In this document: positions 43,101 to 57,800 of the stretch, in pieces | Layout of the letters: the number at the start of each line of letters is the position of its first letter | Numbering within the stretch: the first letter of the stretch is position 1 | DNA from: Eledone cirrhosa | Lineage: Eukaryota | DNA: 64,000 nt | Assembly (NCBI GenBank): GCA_964016885.1 | Contig: OZ024744.1 | Coordinates: 23,436,001 to 23,500,000 of the forward strand | Direction: 5' to 3' | The notes under the pieces: model-generated | Databases searched by the model: none | Told to the model about the DNA's origin: nothing | What the model saw: the letters and a program-made list of their open reading frames with translations, nothing else | Translations under genes and position numbers: made by a program

Positions 43101-46100
43101 GTTTTAACAACAGTTGAATCTTAAGATAAAATTCGTTTCAACAACAGTTGAATCTTAAGAACTGACTCGTTTTAACAACAGCTGAATCTTAAGATAAAAC
43201 TCGTTTTATCAACAGTTCAACCTTAAGAACTGACTCGTTTTAAGAACAGTTCAACCTTAAGAACTGACTCGTTTTAACAACAGTTGAATCTTCAAATAAA
43301 ACTCGTTTTAACTACAGTTGAATCTTAAGAACTGACTCGTTTTAACAACAGTTGAATCTTAAGAACTGATTCGTTTTAACAACAGTTGAATCTTAAGATA
43401 AAACTCGTTTTAACAACAGTTGAATCTTAAGAACTGACTCGTTTTAACAACAGCTGAATCTTAAGATAAAACTCGTTTTACAACAGTTGAATCTTAAGAA
43501 CTGACTCGTTTTATCAACAGTTCAACCTTAAGAACTGACTCATTTTAACAACAGTTGAATCTTCAAATAAAACTCGTTTTAACAACAGTTGATTCTTCAG
43601 AACTGACTCGTTTTAACAACAGTTGAATCTTAAGATAAAACTCGTTTTAACAACAGTTGAATCTTAAGAACTGACTCATTTTAACAACAGCTGAATCTTT
43701 AGATAAAACTCGTTTTAACAACAGTTGAATCTTAAGAACTGATTCGTTTTAAAAACAGTTGAATCCTCAAATAAAACTCGTTTTAACAACAGTTGAATCT
43801 TAATAACTGACTCGTTTTAACAACAGTTGAATCTTAAGATAAAACTCGTTTTAACAACAGTTGAATCTTAAGAACTGACTCATTTTAACAACAGTTGAAT
43901 CTTAAGAACTGATTCGTTTTAACAACGGTTGAATCTTCAGATAAAACTCGTTTTAACTACAGTTGAATCTTAAGAACTGACTAGTTTTAACAACAGTTGA
44001 ATCTTAAGATAAAACTCGTTTTAACAACAGTTGAATCTTAAGAACTGGCTCATTTTAACAACAGTTGAATCTTAAGAACTGATTCGTTTTAACAACAGTT
44101 GAATCTTAAGATAAAACTCGTTTTAACAACAGTTGAATCTTAAGAACTGACTCGTTTTAATAACAGTTGAATCTTAAGATAAAACTCGTTTTAACAACAG
44201 TTGAATCTTAAGTACTGACTCGTTTTAACAACAGCTGAATCTTAAGATAAAACTCGTTTTACAACAGTTGAATCTTAAGAACTGACTCGTTTTATCAACA
44301 GTTCAACCTTAAGAACTGACTCATCCTAACAACAGTTGAATCTTCAAATAAAACTCGTTTTAACAACAGTTGAATCTTAAGAACTGATTCGTTTTAACAA
44401 CAGCTGAATCTTAAGATAAAACTCGTTTTAACAACAGTTGAATCTTAAGATAAAATTCGTTTTAACAACAGTTGAATCTTAAGAACTGACTCGTTTTAAC
44501 AACAGCTGAATCTTAAGATAAAACTCTTTTTAACAACAGTTGAATCTTAAGAACTGACTCGTTTTATCAACAGTTCAACCTTAAGCACTGACTCGTTTTA
44601 ACAACAGTTGAATCTTCAAATAAAACTCGTTTTAACAACAGTTGATTCTTCAGAACTGACTCGTTTTAACAACAGTTGAATCTTAAGATAAAACTCGTTT
44701 TAACAACAGTTGAATCTTAAGAACTGACTCGTTTTAATAACAGTTGAATCTTAAGATAAAACTCGTTTTAACAACAGTTGATTCTTCAGAACTGACTCGT
44801 TTTAACAACAGTTGAATCTTAAGATAAAACTCGTTTTAACAACAGTTGAATCTTAAGAACTGACTCATTTTAACAACAGCTGAATCTCTAGATAAAACTC
44901 GTTATAACAACAGTTGAATCTTAAGGTAAAATTCGTTTTAACAACAGTTGAATCTTAAGAACTGACTCGTTTTAACAACAGTTGAATCTTAAGAACTGAC
45001 TCATTTTAACAACAGCTGAATCTTAAGATAAAACTCGTTTTAACAACAGTTGAATCTTAAGATAAAATTCGTTTTAACAACAGTTGAATCTTAAGAACTG
45101 ACTCGTTTTAACAACAGCTGAATCTTAAGATAAAACTCGTGTTAACAACAGTTGAATCTTAAGAACTGACTCGTTTTATCAACAGTTCAACCTTAAGCAC
45201 TGACTCGTTTTAACAACAGTTGAATCTTCAAATAAAACTCGTTTTAACAACAGTTGATTCTTCAGAACTGACTCGTTTTAACAAGAGTTGAATCTTAAGA
45301 TAAAACTCGTTTTAACAACAGTTGAATCTTAAGAACTCACTCATTTTAACAACAGCTGAATCTCTAGATAAAACTCGTTTTAAGAACAGTTGAATCGTAA
45401 GAACTGACTCGTTTTATCAACAGTTGAATCTTAAGAACTGACTCGTTTTATCAACAGTTCAACCTTAAGAACTGACTCGTTTTAACAACAGTTGAATCCT
45501 CAAATAAAACTCGTTTTAACAACAGTTGAATCTTAAGAACTGACTCATTTTAACAACAGTTGAATCTTAAGATAAAACTCGTTTTAACAACAGTTGAATC
45601 TTCAGAACTGACTCGTTTTAACAACGGCTGAATTTTAAGATAAACTCGTTTTAACAACAGTTGAATCTTAAGAACTGACTCGTTTTATTAGCAGTTCAAC
45701 CTTAAGAACTGACTCATCTTAACAACAGTTGAATCTTCAAATAAAATTCGTTTTAACAACAGTTGAATCTTAAGAACTGATTCGTTTTAACAACAGCTGA
45801 ATCTTAAGATAAAACTCGTTTTAACAACAGTTGAATCTTAAGGTAAAATTCGTTTTAACAACAGTTGAATCTTAAGAACTGACTCGTTTTAACAACAGCT
45901 GAATCTTAAGATAAAACTCGTTTTAACAACAGTTGAATCTTAAGAACTGACTCGTTTTATCAACAGTTCAACCTTAAGCACTGACTCGTTTTAACAACAG
46001 TTGAATCTTCAAATAAAACTCGTTTTAACAACAGTTGAATCTTAAGAACTTACTCATTTTAACAACAGTTGAATCTTAAGATAAAACTCGTTTTAACAAC

Positions 46101-49100
46101 AGTTGAATCTTAAGAACTGACTCGTTTTAACAACAGTTCAACCTTAAGAACTGACTCGTTTTAACAACAGTTGAATCTTAAGATAAAACTCGTTTTAACA
46201 ACAGTTGAATCTTAAGAACTGACTCATTTTAACAACAGTTGAATCTTAAGAACTGATTCGTATTAACAACAGTTGAATCTTCAGATAAAACTCGTTTTAA
46301 CTACAGTTGAATCTTAAGAACTGACTCGTTTTAACAACAGTTGAATCTTAAGATAAAACTCGTTTTAACAACAGTTGAATCTTAAGAACTGACTCATTTT
46401 AACAACAGTTGAATCTTAAGAACTGATTCGTTTTAACAACAGATGAATCTTAAGATAAAACTCGTTTTAACAACAGTTGAATCTTAAGAACTGACTCGTT
46501 TTAATAACAGCTGAATCTTAAGATCAAACTCGTTTTACAACAGTTGAATCTTAAGAACTGACTCGTTTTATCAACAGTTCAACCTTAAGAACTGACTCAT
46601 CTTAACAACAGTTGAATCTTCAAATAAAACTCGTTTTAACTACAGTTGAATCTTAAGAACTGATTCGTTTTAACAACAGCTGAATCGTAAGATAAAACTC
46701 GTTTTAACAACAGTTGAATCTTAAGATAAAATTCGTTTCAACAACAGTTGAATCTTAAGAACTGACTCGTTTTAACAACAGCTGAATCTTAAGATAAAAC
46801 TCGTTTTATCAACAGTTCAACCTTAAGAACTGACTCGTTTTAAGAACAGTTCAACCTTAAGAACTGACTCGTTTTAACAACAGTTGAATCTTCAAATAAA
46901 ACTCGTTTTAACTACAGTTGAATCTTAAGAACTGACTCGTTTTAACAACAGTTGAATCTTAAGAACTGATTCGTTTTAACAACAGTTGAATCTTAAGATA
47001 AAACTCGTTTTAACAACAGTTGAATCTTAAGAACTGACTCGTTTTAACAACAGCTGAATCTTAAGATAAAACTCGTTTTACAACAGTTGAATCTTAAGAA
47101 CTGACTCGTTTTATCAACAGTTCAACCTTAAGAACTGACTCATTTTAACAACAGTTGAATCTTCAAATAAAACTCGTTTTAACAACAGTTGATTCTTCAG
47201 AACTGACTCGTTTTAACAACAGTTGAATCTTAAGATAAAACTCGTTTTAACAACAGTTGAATCTTAAGAACTGACTCATTTTAACAACAGCTGAATCTTT
47301 AGATAAAACTCGTTTTAACAACAGTTGAATCTTAAGAACTGATTCGTTTTAAAAACAGTTGAATCCTCAAATAAAACTCGTTTTAACAACAGTTGAATCT
47401 TAATAACTGACTCGTTTTAACAACAGTTGAATCTTAAGATAAAACTCGTTTTAACAACAGTTGAATCTTAAGAACTGACTCATTTTAACAACAGTTGAAT
47501 CTTAAGAACTGATTCGTTTTAACAACGGTTGAATCTTCAGATAAAACTCGTTTTAACTACAGTTGAATCTTAAGAACTGACTAGTTTTAACAACAGTTGA
47601 ATCTTAAGATAAAACTCGTTTTAACAACAGTTGAATCTTAAGAACTGGCTCATTTTAACAACAGTTGAATCTTAAGAACTGATTCGTTTTAACAACAGTT
47701 GAATCTTAAGATAAAACTCGTTTTAACAACAGTTGAATCTTAAGAACTGACTCGTTTTAATAACAGTTGAATCTTAAGATAAAACTCGTTTTAACAACAG
47801 TTGAATCTTAAGTACTGACTCGTTTTAACAACAGCTGAATCTTAAGATAAAACTCGTTTTACAACAGTTGAATCTTAAGAACTGACTCGTTTTATCAACA
47901 GTTCAACCTTAAGAACTGACTCATCCTAACAACAGTTGAATCTTCAAATAAAACTCGTTTTAACAACAGTTGAATCTTAAGAACTGATTCGTTTTAACAA
48001 CAGCTGAATCTTAAGATAAAACTCGTTTTAACAACAGTTGAATCTTAAGATAAAATTCGTTTTAACAACAGTTGAATCTTAAGAACTGACTCGTTTTAAC
48101 AACAGCTGAATCTTAAGATAAAACTCTTTTTAACAACAGTTGAATCTTAAGAACTGACTCGTTTTATCAACAGTTCAACCTTAAGCACTGACTCGTTTTA
48201 ACAACAGTTGAATCTTCAAATAAAACTCGTTTTAACAACAGTTGATTCTTCAGAACTGACTCGTTTTAACAACAGTTGAATCTTAAGATAAAACTCGTTT
48301 TAACAACAGTTGAATCTTAAGAACTGACTCGTTTTAATAACAGTTGAATCTTAAGATAAAACTCGTTTTAACAACAGTTGATTCTTCAGAACTGACTCGT
48401 TTTAACAACAGTTGAATCTTAAGATAAAACTCGTTTTAACAACAGTTGAATCTTAAGAACTGACTCATTTTAACAACAGCTGAATCTCTAGATAAAACTC
48501 GTTATAACAACAGTTGAATCTTAAGGTAAAATTCGTTTTAACAACAGTTGAATCTTAAGAACTGACTCGTTTTAACAACAGCTGAATCTTAAGACAAAAC
48601 CCGTTTTAACAACAGTTGAATCTTAAGAACTGACTCGTTTTATCAACAGTTCAACCTTAAGCACTGACTCGTTTTAACAACAGTTGAATCTTCAAATAAA
48701 ACTCGTTTTAACAACAGTTGAATCTTAAGAACTGACTCATTTTAACAACAGTTGAATCTTAAGATAAAACTCGTTTTAACAACAGTTGAATCTTAAGAAC
48801 TGACTCGTTTTAACAACAATTCAACCTTAAGAACTGACTCGTTTTAACAACAGTTGAATCTTAAGATGAAACTCGTTTTAACAACAGTTGAATCTTAAGA
48901 ACTGACTCATTTTAACAACAGTTGAATCTTAAGAACTGATTCGTTTTAACAACAGTTGACTCTTAAGAACTGATTCGTTTTAACAACAGCTGAATCTTAA
49001 GATAAAACTCGTTTTAACAACAGTTGAATCTTAAGATAAAATTCGTTTTAACAACAGTTGAATCTTAAGAACTGACTCGTTTTAACAACAGCTGAATCTT

Positions 49101-50875
49101 AAGATAAAACTCGTTTTAACAACAGTTGAATCTTAAGAACTGACTCGTTTTATCAACATTTCAACCTTAAGAACTGACTCGTTTTAACAACAGTTGAATC
49201 CTCAAATAAAACTCGTTTTAACAACAGTTGAATCTTAAGAACTGACTCGTTATAACAACAGTTGAATCTTAAGAACTGACTCGTTTTAACAACAGTTCAA
49301 CCTTAAGAACTGACTCGTTTTAACAACAGTTGAATCTTAAGAACTGACTCGTTTTAACAACAGTTCAACCTTAAGAACTGACTCGTTTTAACAACAGTTG
49401 AATCTTAAGAACTGACTCGTTTTAACAACAGTTCAACCTTAAGAACTGACTCGTTTTAACAACAGTTGAATCTTCAAATAAAACTCGTTTTAACTACAGT
49501 TGAATCTTAAGAACTGACTCGTTTTAACAACAGTTGAATCTTAAGATAAAACTCGTTTTAACAACAGTTGAATCTTAAGAACTGACTCATTTTAACAACA
49601 GTTGAATCTTAAGAACTGATTCGTTTTAACAACAGTTGAATCTTCAGATAAAACTCATTTTAACTACAGTTGAATCTTAAGAACTGACTCGTTTTAACAA
49701 CAGTTGAATCTTAAGATAAAACTCGTTTTAACAACAGTTGAATCTTAAGAACTGACTCATTTTAACAACAGTTGAATCTTAAGAACTGATTCGTTTTAAC
49801 AACAGTTGAATCTTAAGATAAAATTCGTTTTAACAACAGTTGAATCTTAAGAACTGACTCGTTTTAACAACAGCTGAATCTTAAGATAAAACTCGTTTTA
49901 CAACAGTTGAATCTTAAGAACTGACTCGTTTTATCAACAGTTCAACCTTAAGAACTGACTCATTTTAACAACAGTTGAATATTCAAATAAAACTCGTTTT
50001 AACAACAGTTGAATCTTAATAACTGATTCGTTTTAACAACAGCTGAATCTTAAGATAAACTCGTTTTAACAACAGCTGAATCTTAAGATAAACCTGGTTT
50101 TAACAACATTTGAATCTTAAGAACTGAATTCGTTTTAACAACAGCTGAATCTTAAGATAAAACTCGTTTTAACAACAGTTGATTCTTAAGAACTGACTCG
50201 TTTTATCAACAGTTCAACCTTAAGAACTGACTCGTTTTAACAACAGTTGAATCTTCAAATATAACTCGTTTTAACAACAGTTGAATATTATGATAAAACT
50301 CATTTTAACAACAGTTGATTCTTAAGATAAAACTCGTTTTAACAACAGTTGATTCTTAAGAACTGACTCGTTTTAACAACAGCTGAATCTTAAGATAAAA
50401 CTCGTTTTAACAACAGTTGAATCTTAAGATAAAATTCGTTTTAACAATAGTTGAACGTTAAGAACTGGTTTGTTTTAACAACAGTTGGATCTTAAGATAA
50501 AACTCGTTTTAACAACAGTTGAATCTTAAGAACTGACTCGTTTTAACAACAGTTGAATCTTAAGAACTGATTCGTTTTAACAACAGATGAATCTTAAGAT
50601 AAAACTCGTTTTAACAACAGTTGAATCTTAAGAACTGACTCGTTTTAATAACAGCTGAATCTTAAGATCAAACACGTTTTACAACAGTTGAATCTTAAGA
50701 ACTGACTCGTTTTATCAACAGTTCAACCTTAAGAACTGACTCATCTTAACAACAGTTGAATCTTCAAATAAAACTCGTTTTAACTACAGTTGAATCTTAA
50801 GAACTGATTCGTTTTAACAACAGCTGAATCGTAAGATAAAACTCGTTTTAACAACAGTTGAATCTTAAGATAAAA
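34068..50875. repeat. Near-perfect tandem duplication, period 8389 bp (~247 monomers), containing most of the 3600-bp duplication
   Basis: Markers CTTAAGGTAA at 36531/44920, AAACCTGG at 41701/50090 and GAATTC at 41737/50126. The junction is near 42457-42486. Confidence 0.92.
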
Positions 50876-53800
50876 TTCGTTTCAACAACAGTTGAATCTT
50901 AAGAACTGACTCGTTTTAACAACAGCTGAATCTTAAGATAAAACTCGTTTTATCAACAGTTCAACGTTAAGAACTGACTCGTTTTAAGAACAGTTCAACC
51001 TTAAGAACTGACTCGTTTTAACAACAGTTGAATCTTCAAATAAAACTCGTTTTAACTACAGTTGAATCTTAAGAACTGACTCGTTTTAACAACAGTTGAA
51101 TCTTAAGATAAAACTCGTTTTAACAACAGTTGAATCTTAAGAACTGACTCATTTTAACAACAGTTGAATCTTAAGAACTGATTCGTTTTAACAACAGTTG
51201 AATCTTAAGATAAAACTCGTTTTAACAACAGTTGAATCTTAAGAACTGACTCGTTTTAACAACAGCTGAATCTTAAGATAAAACTCGTTTTACAACAGTT
51301 GAATCTTAAGAACTGACTCGTTTTATCAACAGTTCGACCTTAAGAACTGACTCATTTTAACAACAGTTGAATCTTCAAATAAAACTCGTTTTAACAACAG
51401 TTGATTCTTCAGAACTGACTCGTTTTAACAACAGTTGAATCTTAAGATAAAACTCGTTTTAACAACAGTTGAATCTTAAGAACTGACTCATTTTAACAAC
51501 AGCTGAATCTTTAGATAAAACTCGTTTTAACAACAGTTGAATCTTAAGAACTGATTCGTTTTAACAACAGTTGAATCCTCAAATAAAACTCGTTTTAACA
51601 ACAGTTGAATCTTAATAACTGACTCGTTTTAACAACAGTTGAATCTTAAGATAAAACTCGTTTTAACAACAGTTGAATCTTAAGAACTGACTCATTTTAA
51701 CAACAGTTGAATCTTAAGAACTGATTCGTTTTAACAACAGTTGAATCTTCAGATAAAACTCGTTTTAACTACAGTTGAATCTTAAGAACTGACTAGTTTT
51801 AACAACAGTTGAATCTTAAGATAAAACTCGTTTTAACAACAGTTGAATCTTAAGAACTGGCTCATTTTAACAACAGTTGAATCTTAAGAACTGATTCGTT
51901 TTAACAACAGTTGAATCTTAAGATAAAACTCGTTTTAACAACAGTTGAATCTTAAGAACTGACTCGTTTTAATAACAGTTGAATCTTAAGATAAAACTCG
52001 TTTTAACAACAGTTGAATCTTAAGTACTGACTCGGTTTAACAACAGCTGAATCTTAAGATAAAACTCGTTTTACAACAGTTGAATCTTAAGAACTGACTC
52101 GTTTTATCAACAGTTCAACCTTAAGAACTGACTCATCCTAACAACAGTTGAATCTTCAAATAAAACTCGTTTTAACAACAGTTGAATCTTAAGAACTGAT
52201 TCGTTTTAACAACAGCTGAATCTTAAGATAAAACTCGTTTTAACAACAGTTGAATCTTAAGATAAAATTCGTTTTAACAACAGTTGAATCTTAAGAACTG
52301 ACTCGTTTTAACAACAGCTGAATCTTAAGATAAAACTCTTTTTAACAACAGTTGAATCTTAAGAACTGACTCGTTTTATCAACAGTTCAACCTTAAGCAC
52401 TGACTCGTTTTAACAACAGTTGAATCTTCAAATAAAACTCGTTTTAACAACAGTTGATTCTTCAGAACTGACTCGTTTTAACAACAGTTGAATCTTAAGA
52501 TAAAACTCGTTTTAACAACAGTTGAATCTTAAGAACTGACTCGTTTTAATAACAGTTGAATCTTAAGATAAAACTCGTTTTAACAACAGTTGAATCTTAA
52601 GAACTGACTCGTTTTAACAACAGCTGAATCTTAAGATAAAACTCTTTTTAACAACAGTTGAATCTTAAGAACTGACTCGTTTTATCAACAGTTCAACCTT
52701 AAGCACTGACTCGTTTTAACAACAGTGGAATCTTCAAATAAAACTCGTTTTAACAACAGTTGATTCTTCAGAACTGACTCGTTTTAACAACAGTTGAATC
52801 TTTAGATAAAACTCGTTTTAACAACAGTTGAATCTTAAGAACTGACTCATTTTAACAACAGCTGAATCTCTAGATAAAACTCGTTATAACAACTGTTGAA
52901 TCTTAAGGTAAAATTCGTTTTAACAACAGTTGAATCTTAAGAACTGACTCGTTTTAACAACAGCTGAATCTTAAGATAAAACCCGTTTTAACAACAGTTG
53001 AATCTTAAGAACTGACTCGTTTTATCAACAGTTCAACCTTAAGCACTGACTCGTTTTAACAACAGTTGAATCTTCAAATAAAACTCGTTTTAACAACAGT
53101 TGAATCTTAAGAACTGACTCGTTTTAACAACAATTCAACCTTAAGAACTGACTCGTTTTAACAACAGTTGAATCTTAAGATGAAACTCGTTTTAACAACA
53201 GTTGAATCTTAAGAACTGACTCATTTTAACAACAGTTGAATCTTAAGAACTGATTCGTTTTAACAACAGTTGACTCTTAAGAACTGATTCGTTTTAACAA
53301 CAGCTGAATCTTAAGATAAAACTCGTTTTAACAACAGTTGAATCTTAAGATAAAATTCGTTTTAACAACAGTTGAATCTTAAGAACTGACTCGTTTTAAC
53401 AACAGCTGAATCTTAAGATAAAACTCGTTTTAACAACAGTTGAATCTTAAGAACTGACTCGTTTTATCAACAGTTCAACCTTAAGAACTGACTCGTTTTA
53501 ACAACAGTTGAATCCTCAAATAAAACTCGTTTTAACAACAGTTGAATCTTAAGAACTGACTCGTTATAACAACAGTTGAATCTTAAGAACTGACTCGTTT
53601 TAACAACAGTTCAACCTTAAGAACTGACTCGTTTTAACAACAGTTGAATCTTAAGAACTGACTCGTTTTAACAACAGTTCAACCTTAAGAACTGACTCGT
53701 TTTAACAACAGTTGAATCTTAAGAACTGACTCGTTTTAACAACAGTTCAACCTTAAGAACTGACTCGTTTTAACAACAGTTGAATCTTCAAATAAAACTC

Positions 53801-54850
53801 GTTTTAACTACAGTTGAATCTTAAGAACTGACTCGTTTTAACAACAGTTGAATCTTAAGATAAAACTCGTTTTAACAACAGTTGAATCTTAAGAACTGAC
53901 TCATTTTAACAACAGTTGAATCTTAAGAACTGATTCGTTTTAACAACAGTTGAATCTTCAGATAAAACTCATTTTAACTACAGTTGAATCTTAAGAACTG
54001 ACTCGTTTTAACAACAGTTGAATCTTAAGATAAAACTCGTTTTAACAACAGTTGAATCTTAAGAACTGACTCATTTTAACAACAGTTGAATCTTAAGAAC
54101 TGATTCGTTTTAACAACAGTTGAATCTTAAGATAAAATTCGTTTTAACAACAGTTGAATCTTAAGAACTGACTCGTTTTAACAACAGCTGAATCTTAAGA
54201 TAAAACTCGTTTTACAACAGTTGAATCTTAAGAACTGACTCGTTTTATCAACAGTTCAACCTTAAGAACTGACTCATTTTAACAATAGTTGAATATTCAA
54301 ATAAAACTCGTTTTAACAACAGTTGAATCTTAATAACTGATTCGTTTTAACAACAGCTGAATCTTAAGATAAACTCGTTTTAACAACAGCTGAATCTTAA
54401 GATAAACCTGGTTTTAACAACATTTGAATCTTAAGAACTGAATTCGTTTTAACAACAGCTGAATCTTAAGATAAAACTCGTTTTAACAACAGTTGATTCT
54501 TAAGAACTGACTCGTTTTATCAACAGTTCAACCTTAAGAACTGACTCGTTTTAACAACAGTTGAATCTTCAAATAAAACTCGTTTTAACAACAGTTGAAT
54601 ATTATGATAAAACTCATTTTAACAACAGTTGATTCTTAAGATAAAACTCGTTTTAACAACAGTTGATTCTTAAGAACTGACTCGTTTTAACAACAGCTGA
54701 ATCTTAAGATAAAACTCGTTTTAACAACAGTTGAATCTTCAGATAAAATTCGTTTTAACAATAGTTGAACGTTAAGAACTGGTTTGTTTTAACAACAGTT
54801 GGATCTTAAGATAAAACTCGTTTTAACAACAGTTGAATCTTAAGAACTGA
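48480..54850. repeat. Direct duplication ~48.5-50.5 kb vs ~52.9-54.85 kb, offset 4382 then 4314 bp
   Basis: Markers CCCGTTTT at 48600/52982, AAACCTGG at 50090/54404 and GAATTC at 50126/54440. Two monomers are missing near 53100. Confidence 0.82.
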
Positions 54851-57800
54851 CTCGTTTTATCAACAGTTCAACCTTAATAACTGAATCGTTTTAAGAACAG
54901 TTGAATCTTCAAATTAAACTCGTTTTAACAACAGTTGAATCTTAAGAACTGACTCGTTTTAACAACTGTTGAATCTTAAGAACTGACTCGTTTTATCAAC
55001 AGTTCAACCTTAAGAACTGACTCGTTTTAACAACAGTTGAATCTTCAAATAAAACTCGTTTTAACAACAGTTGAATCTTAAGAACTGACTCGTTTTAACA
55101 ACAGTTGAATCTTAAGATAAAACTCGTTTTAACAACAGTTGAATCTTAAGAACTGACTCGTTTTATCAACAGTTCAACCTTAATAACTGAATCGTTTTAA
55201 GAACAGTTGAATCTTCAAATTAAACTCGTTTTAACAACAGTTGAATCATAAGAACTGATTCGTTTTAACAACAGTTGAATCTTAAGATAAAACTCGTTTT
55301 AACAACAGTTGAATCTTAAGATAAACTCGTTTTAACAACAGTGGAATCTTAAGAACTGACTCGTTTTAATAACAGTTGAATCTTAAGATAAAACTCGTTT
55401 TAACAACAGTTGAATCTTAAGAACTGACTCGTTTTAACAACAGCTGAATCTTAAGATAAAACTCGTTTTAACGACAGTTGAATCTTAAGAACTGACTCGT
55501 TTTATCAACAGTTCAACCTTAAGAACTGACTCATTTTAACAACAGTTGAATCTTCAAATAAAACTCGTTTTAACAACAGTTGAATCTTAAGAACTGATTC
55601 GTTTTAACAACAGCTGAATCTTAAGGTAAACTCGTTTTAACAACAGTTGAATCTTAAGATAAACCTCGTTTTAACAACATTTGAATCTTAAGAACTGATT
55701 CGTTTTAACAACAGCTGAATCTTAAGATAAACTCGTTTTAACAGCAGTTGAATCTTAAGATAAACCTCGTTTTAACAACAGTTGAATCTTAAGAACTGAC
55801 TCGTTTTATCAACAGTTCAACCTTAAGAACTGACTCATCTTAACAACAGTTGAATCTTCAAATAAAATTCGTTTTAACAACAGTTGAATCTTAAGAACTG
55901 ACTCGTTTTAACAACAGTTGAATCTTAAGAACTGACTCATTTTAACAACAGCTGAATCTTAAGATAAAACTCGTTTTAACAACAGTTGAATCTTAAGATA
56001 AAATTCGTTTTAACAACAGTTGAATCTTAAGAACTGACTCGTTTTAACAACAGCTGAATCTTAAGATAAAACTCGTTTTAACAACAGTTGAATCTTAAGA
56101 ACTGACTCGTTTTATCAACAGTTCAACCTTAAGCACTGACTCGTTTTAACAACAGTTGAATCTTCAAATAAAACTCGTTTTAACAACAGTTGATTCTTCA
56201 GAACTGACTCGTTTTAACAACAGTTGAATCTTAAGATAAAACTCGTTTTAACAACAGTTGAATCTTAAGAACTGACTCATTTTAACAACAGCTGAATCTC
56301 TAGATAAAACTCGTTTTAACAACAGTTGAATCTTAAGAACTGACTCGTTTTATCAACAGTTGAATCTTAAGAACTGACTCGTTTTATCAACAGTTCAACC
56401 TTAAGAACTGACTCATCTTAACAACAGTTGAATCTTCAAATAAAATTCGTTTTAACAACAGTTGAATCTTAAGAACTGATTCGTTTTAACAACAGCTGAA
56501 TCTTAGGATAAAACTCGTTTTAACAACAGTTGAATCTTAAGAACTGACTCGTTTTAACAACAGCTGAATCTTAAGATAAAACTCGTTTTAACAACAGTTG
56601 AATCTTAAGAACTGACTCGTTTTATCAACAGTTCAGCCTTAAGCACTGACTCGTTTTAACAACAGTTGAATCTTCAAATAAAACTCGTTTTAACAACAGT
56701 TGAATCTTAAGAACTGACTCATTTTAACAACAGTTGAATCTTAAGATAAAACTCGTTTTAACAACAGTTGAATCTTAAGAACTGACTCGTTTTAACAACA
56801 GTTCAACCTTAAGAACTGACTCGTTTTAACAACAGTTGAATCTTAAGATAAATCTCGTTTTAACAACAGTTGAATCTTAAGAACTGACTCATTTTAACAA
56901 CAGTTGAATCTTAAGAACTGATTCGTTTTAACAACAGTTGAATCTTCAGATAAAACTCGTTTTAACTACAGTTGAATCTTAAGAACTGACTCGTTTTAAC
57001 AACAGTTGAATCTTAAGATAAAACTCGTTTTAACAACAGTTGAATCTTAAGAACTGACTCATTTTAACAACAGTTGAATCTTAAGAACTGATTCGTTTTA
57101 ACAACAGTTGAATCTTAAGATAAAACTCGTTTTAACAACAGTTGAATCTTAAGAACTGACTCGTTTTAATAACAGCTGAATCTTAAGATAAAACTCGTTT
57201 TACAACAGTTGAATCTTAAGAACTGACTCGTTTTATCAACAGTTCAACCTTAAGAACTGACTCATCTTAACAACAGTTGAATCTTCAAATAAAACTCGTT
57301 TTAACAACAGTTGAATCTTAAGATAAAATTCGTTTTAACAACAGTTGAATCTTAAGAACTGACTCGTTTTAACAACAGCTGTATCTTAAGATAAAACTCG
57401 TTTTATCAACAGTTCAAACTTAAGAACTGACTCGTTTTAACAACAGTTGAATCCTCAAATAAAACTCGTTTTAACAACAGTTGAATCTTAAGAACTGACT
57501 CGTTTTAACAATAGTTGAATCTTAAGATAAAACTCGTTTAACAACAGTTGAATCTTAAGAACTGACTCATTTTAACAGCAGTTGAATCTTAAGATAAAAC
57601 TCGTTTTAACAACAGTTGAATCTTAAGAACTGACTCGTTTTAACAACAGTTCAACCTTAAGAACTGACTCGTTTTAACAACAGTTGAATCTTTAAATAAA
57701 ACTCGTTTTAACTACAGTTGAATCTTAAGAACTGACTCGTTTTAACAACAGTTGAATCTTAAGATAAAACTCGTTTTAACAACAGTTGAATCTTAAGAAC

